Below, piece by piece: positions 61,019-64,000 of a stretch of DNA of 64,000 bases. The position numbers were made by a program, and so were the translations under genes. Position 1 is the first letter of the stretch. Each line of letters opens with the position of its first letter. Source of the DNA: an uncultured bacterium (GTDB lineage: Bacteria; Zixibacteria; MSB-5A5; CAIYYT01); NCBI GenBank assembly GCA_963726455.1, contig CAVSCK010000004.1:1216001-1280000 (forward strand), written 5' to 3'. The notes under the pieces are model-generated. The model was given only the letters and a program-made list of their open reading frames with translations. It was not told the origin of the DNA and ran no database searches.

Positions 61019-61855
61019 ATGTCAGAAGCACACGGCGAGATATCGTCACTGGGAACAGTGCGTACATTTTTCAAAGTCGGGTCATGTTCCGAAACGCTTT
61101 GTAACGTTCTTGACCGCGCTTTCGATTGTCCGCATAAACGCGAGGAGCACGCTTCAATGCTGCTGGCCGGCGGAATAATGCAGCATGGTTACCAGTGCGG
61201 CATACTCTGGGGCTCGACACTTGCCGCAGGAGCACAGGCATTCCGACTTCATGGTTCAGGTCCCCGGGCCGAGGCTGCAGCCATAGTCGCAGCGCAGAGA
61301 ATTGTGCAATCCTTCCGCGCTCGCTACAAGCACATTGATTGTCTCGAACTCACCGATGTTGACTGGCGGAGTACCATGCAGGGAGTGAAGTACTTCGTGA
61401 AAGGCGGACCGATACGCTGTTTTCGCATGGCTGCGAAATACGCTCCGGTGGCGTTCGACGAGATAAATACCGGTCTCTCCGACGGACCGGTTACTACTCC
61501 CTCTTCATCGGTAAGCTGCGCGAGCATGGTGGCACGGAAGCTGGGTGAACCAGACTTGCATACGGTAATGGCTTCAGGGCTGGCGGGGGGCATCGGCTTA
61601 AGCGGCGGCGCCTGCGGAGCACTGGGAGCCGCCGTCTGGATCATCGGGATGAACGACCAGAGTGACGGTAGTGGAAAAGCAGCTTTCAAGAGCCCTAAGG
61701 CAACAGAAACCATCGAGAAATTCCTGAAATGCACCGACTATGAATTCGAGTGCGCCAAGATTGTCGGCCGGACATTTGCGAATGTCGAGGAGCATGCCGA
61801 CCATGTCTGCAAAGGCGGCTGCTCAAAAATCATTGAGGCGCTGGCAGCCGGTTGA
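61019..61855 (+). CDS. C-GCAxxG-C-C putative redox protein with two tandem domains
   Basis: CSETL..GGI..CGILWG..DCLEL and CASM..GGIGLSGGACGALG..ECAKI. Confidence 0.8.
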   Translation: MSEAHGEISSLGTVRTFFKVGSCSETLCNVLDRAFDCPHKREEHASMLLAGGIMQHGYQCGILWGSTLAAGAQAFRLHGSGPRAEAAAIVAAQRIVQSFRARYKHIDCLELTDVDWRSTMQGVKYFVKGGPIRCFRMAAKYAPVAFDEINTGLSDGPVTTPSSSVSCASMVARKLGEPDLHTVMASGLAGGIGLSGGACGALGAAVWIIGMNDQSDGSGKAAFKSPKATETIEKFLKCTDYEFECAKIVGRTFANVEEHADHVCKGGCSKIIEALAAG

Positions 61856-62319
61856 GATCGCCTGTTGAGTTCTCACGAACGATCGAACGATTTCGGAATC
61901 GGACGGCATTTCCGCACTCGTCCACCCCCCAACACATTGAACCACAAAACGTTCCGGTGGCAGCTCGCCATTGGCAGTCAGATGATTCCTCCCTCGACCC
62001 CGTCTCTTAGTTGACCATCAACAGATCGCTCAATAACAACATCGTGATATTGCATTGTGCCCCGCATCAAACTGGATAATCTTGAGATCCCGCTTGCCCG
62101 TGGGTGACACAGACAGGCAGCAATGTCTTCAGTCCGGAATTCGACATTGGACGGTCGCGTACTAAAACAAATCTCAGATGCTTAGTACCGAACCGTTCGT
62201 ATTAGGTTCAATGAGGGGACATGGCGACCCCTGAACAGTAACGCAGTTGAGTAGGGCAAACTCGCATGCGGACAGATTAAACCTGAGCCTGCTCTTATCA
62301 GAAGAAAGTGCATGAGGCA

Positions 62320-64000
62320 ATGACAGCTCAGCCGGAAGACAATACTCATACTCTTGAGCCACTTACACAAAGTACGCTGGTGGACCATTACCGGATCATC
62401 GCGAAGATCGGCGTCGGTGGAATGGGTGAGGTTTATCTTGCCGAGGACACCAGACTCAATCGGCAAGTCGCGCTCAAGTTTCTACCGACACATTTTGCAC
62501 AGGATGCGGATTTGCGGGGCCGCTTCACTCGCGAAGCGCAAGCTGCCGCCAAGCTCGACCATCCCAATATTGTCACGATTCATGAGGTCAGCGAATACTA
62601 CGGCAGGCCGTTCTTCGCCATGCAGTACATCGACGGCAAGACGCTACGCGATTACTGTGATGAGGAGCCGCTGCCGGTCAGCAAGATTGTGAGCTTAATT
62701 GCGCAGGTCGCAGACGGCTTGGCAAGAGCCCACGCGGCCGGCGTTATCCATCGAGATATCAAATCGGCGAACATAATAGTCGACGGTGAGTTTCGTCCGA
62801 AGCTGCTGGATTTCGGGCTCGCTACCATTCAAGGCGGCGAAATGCTCACCAGGGCGGGATCTGCCCTCGGAACAGTCGCCTACATGTCGCCCGAGCAGGC
62901 ACAGGGACGCGAGGCCGACCAGCGGTCGGATCTCTTCTCCCTCGGTATCGTCCTGTATGAACTTATCGCCGGACGAACGCCGTTCAAGCGAAACAACGAT
63001 GCAGCGACCCTGCAGGCGATTGTCAGCGAATCTCCCGAGCCGTTAGCCCGCTATAAGTCAGACATATCTCCGGAATTGCAGCGCATCGTCTCCAAGGCAC
63101 TGGCCAAGAACCCCCTCGAGCGTTACCAATCGGCAGCAGACTTCGCGACCGACCTGCGCTCCATCGTGCGTTCTTCCGATTCAAGTGAACATATTTCCAG
63201 CGGTCGAGTCGGCGCATCACGTCCTTCCGTCGCCGTATTGCCTTTCACCAACATGAGCGCCGACGCGGAAAACGAATATTTCTCCGATGGCCTGACCGAG
63301 GAACTCCTCAACGTGTTGGCAAAGAACCCGGAGCTGAAAGTCACCGGCCGCACTTCGTCTTTTGCATTCAAAGGAAAGCAGGAGGACGTGCGGACGATTG
63401 GTCAGAAACTGGGAGTTGGAACTTTGCTGGAAGGCAGCGTTCGCAAGTCCGGTAATCGCGTTCGGATCACGGTTCAGTTGGTCAGTGTAGCTGATGGATT
63501 TCACCTCTGGTCGGAGACGTATGATCGCATCCTCGACGACATCTTTGCAGTACAGGATGACATCGCCAAAGAAGTTTCTACGGCGATGCGTGTCACGCTC
63601 GTCGGAGTGGCCGAGGAAAAAAAGAAGGTCGATCCCGAAAGCTATGCGCTTGTACTGCGTGCTCACCAATCGGCGCTGCTGATGACGAAAGAGAGTCTGA
63701 CGTCCGCTATTGAACTCTATCAGAAAGCCATTACTCTCGATCCCGATAATGCCCGGGCCTGGGCTGGACTCAGCTACGTATTCGGGCATCGAGTAGCTTA
63801 TGGCCACTCTGACTACCGGGACGAATATCCTAAGGCCAGGGACGCTGCCGAAAAGGCGCTTGCCCTTGATGACCTGCTCCCCGAGGCCCATCAAGCTATG
63901 AGCTTCGTAATGGTGGCCCTCGAAATGAAGTTTGCAGAAGGAGAGCGGGAAATCCGTCGCGCTTACGACCTCGCTCCGAACAACAGCAGCGTTGTCAGCC
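62320..64000 (+). CDS. Ser/Thr kinase with TolB-like SVAVLPF domain and TPRs (truncated by window end; absent from the ORF track)
   Basis: Translated by eye from ATG 62320: IGVGGMGEVYLAED, VALK, HRDIKSAN, DFGLA, GTVAYMSPEQ, SVAVLPFTNMS..EYFSDGLTEELL. Confidence 0.88.
   Translation, partial: MTAQPEDNTHTLEPLTQSTLVDHYRIIAKIGVGGMGEVYLAEDTRLNRQVALKFLPTHFAQDADLRGRFTREAQAAAKLDHPNIVTIHEVSEYYGRPFFAMQYIDGKTLRDYCDEEPLPVSKIVSLIAQVADGLARAHAAGVIHRDIKSANIIVDGEFRPKLLDFGLATIQGGEMLTRAGSALGTVAYMSPEQAQGREADQRSDLFSLGIVLYELIAGRTPFKRNNDAATLQAIVSESPEPLARYKSDISPELQRIVSKALAKNPLERYQSAADFATDLRSIVRSSDSSEHISSGRVGASRPSVAVLPFTNMSADAENEYFSDGLTEELLNVLAKNPELKVTGRTSSFAFKGKQEDVRTIGQKLGVGTLLEGSVRKSGNRVRITVQLVSVADGFHLWSETYDRILDDIFAVQDDIAKEVSTAMRVTLVGVAEEKKKVDPESYALVLRAHQSALLMTKESLTSAIELYQKAITLDPDNARAWAGLSYVFGHRVAYGHSDYRDEYPKARDAAEKALALDDLLPEAHQAMSFVMVALEMKFAEGEREIRRAYDLAPNNSSVVS

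Noticed and set aside
1-64000. CRISPR array
   Set aside because: No regularly spaced identical repeats and no cas genes; the palindromes are irregular REP-like elements.

Overview
A 64-kb bacterial chromosomal segment. Dockerin-like 'GDANxDGxVDISDxVxLIAYIFxGGPAP' tails, a PorV-like barrel and a T9SS/FlgD-type C-terminal tail suggest an FCB-group organism such as candidate division Zixibacteria (inference). Left part: porV-like/lptE/hutI, a REP-rich patch of orphan genes, an MFS transporter, two convergent dockerin-tagged secreted proteins, a NatAB-like ABC system, a second M1 peptidase, STAS/histidine kinase/CheV, GT9 and Wzz. Centre: a complete alternative complex III (actA-G) plus caa3-type (A2) cytochrome c oxidase cluster with maturation genes. 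Next come a heterodimeric ABC exporter preceded by an unannotated 30-aa leader peptide and terminator (probable attenuator), and three tandem paralogous exported proteins. Right part: the tmRNA gene followed by about 10 kb of accessory genes, punctuated by four further direct-orientation tmRNA-derived segments: a 319-nt near-identical copy with a compensatory base change, an internal fragment, a 3' remnant and an internally deleted 'mini-tmRNA'. No integrase is visible. The first interval holds KOW-TIR, RNase H-like and K-channel genes. About ten single-base frameshifts in otherwise intact genes look like assembly errors. All calls were made by eye, without database searches.
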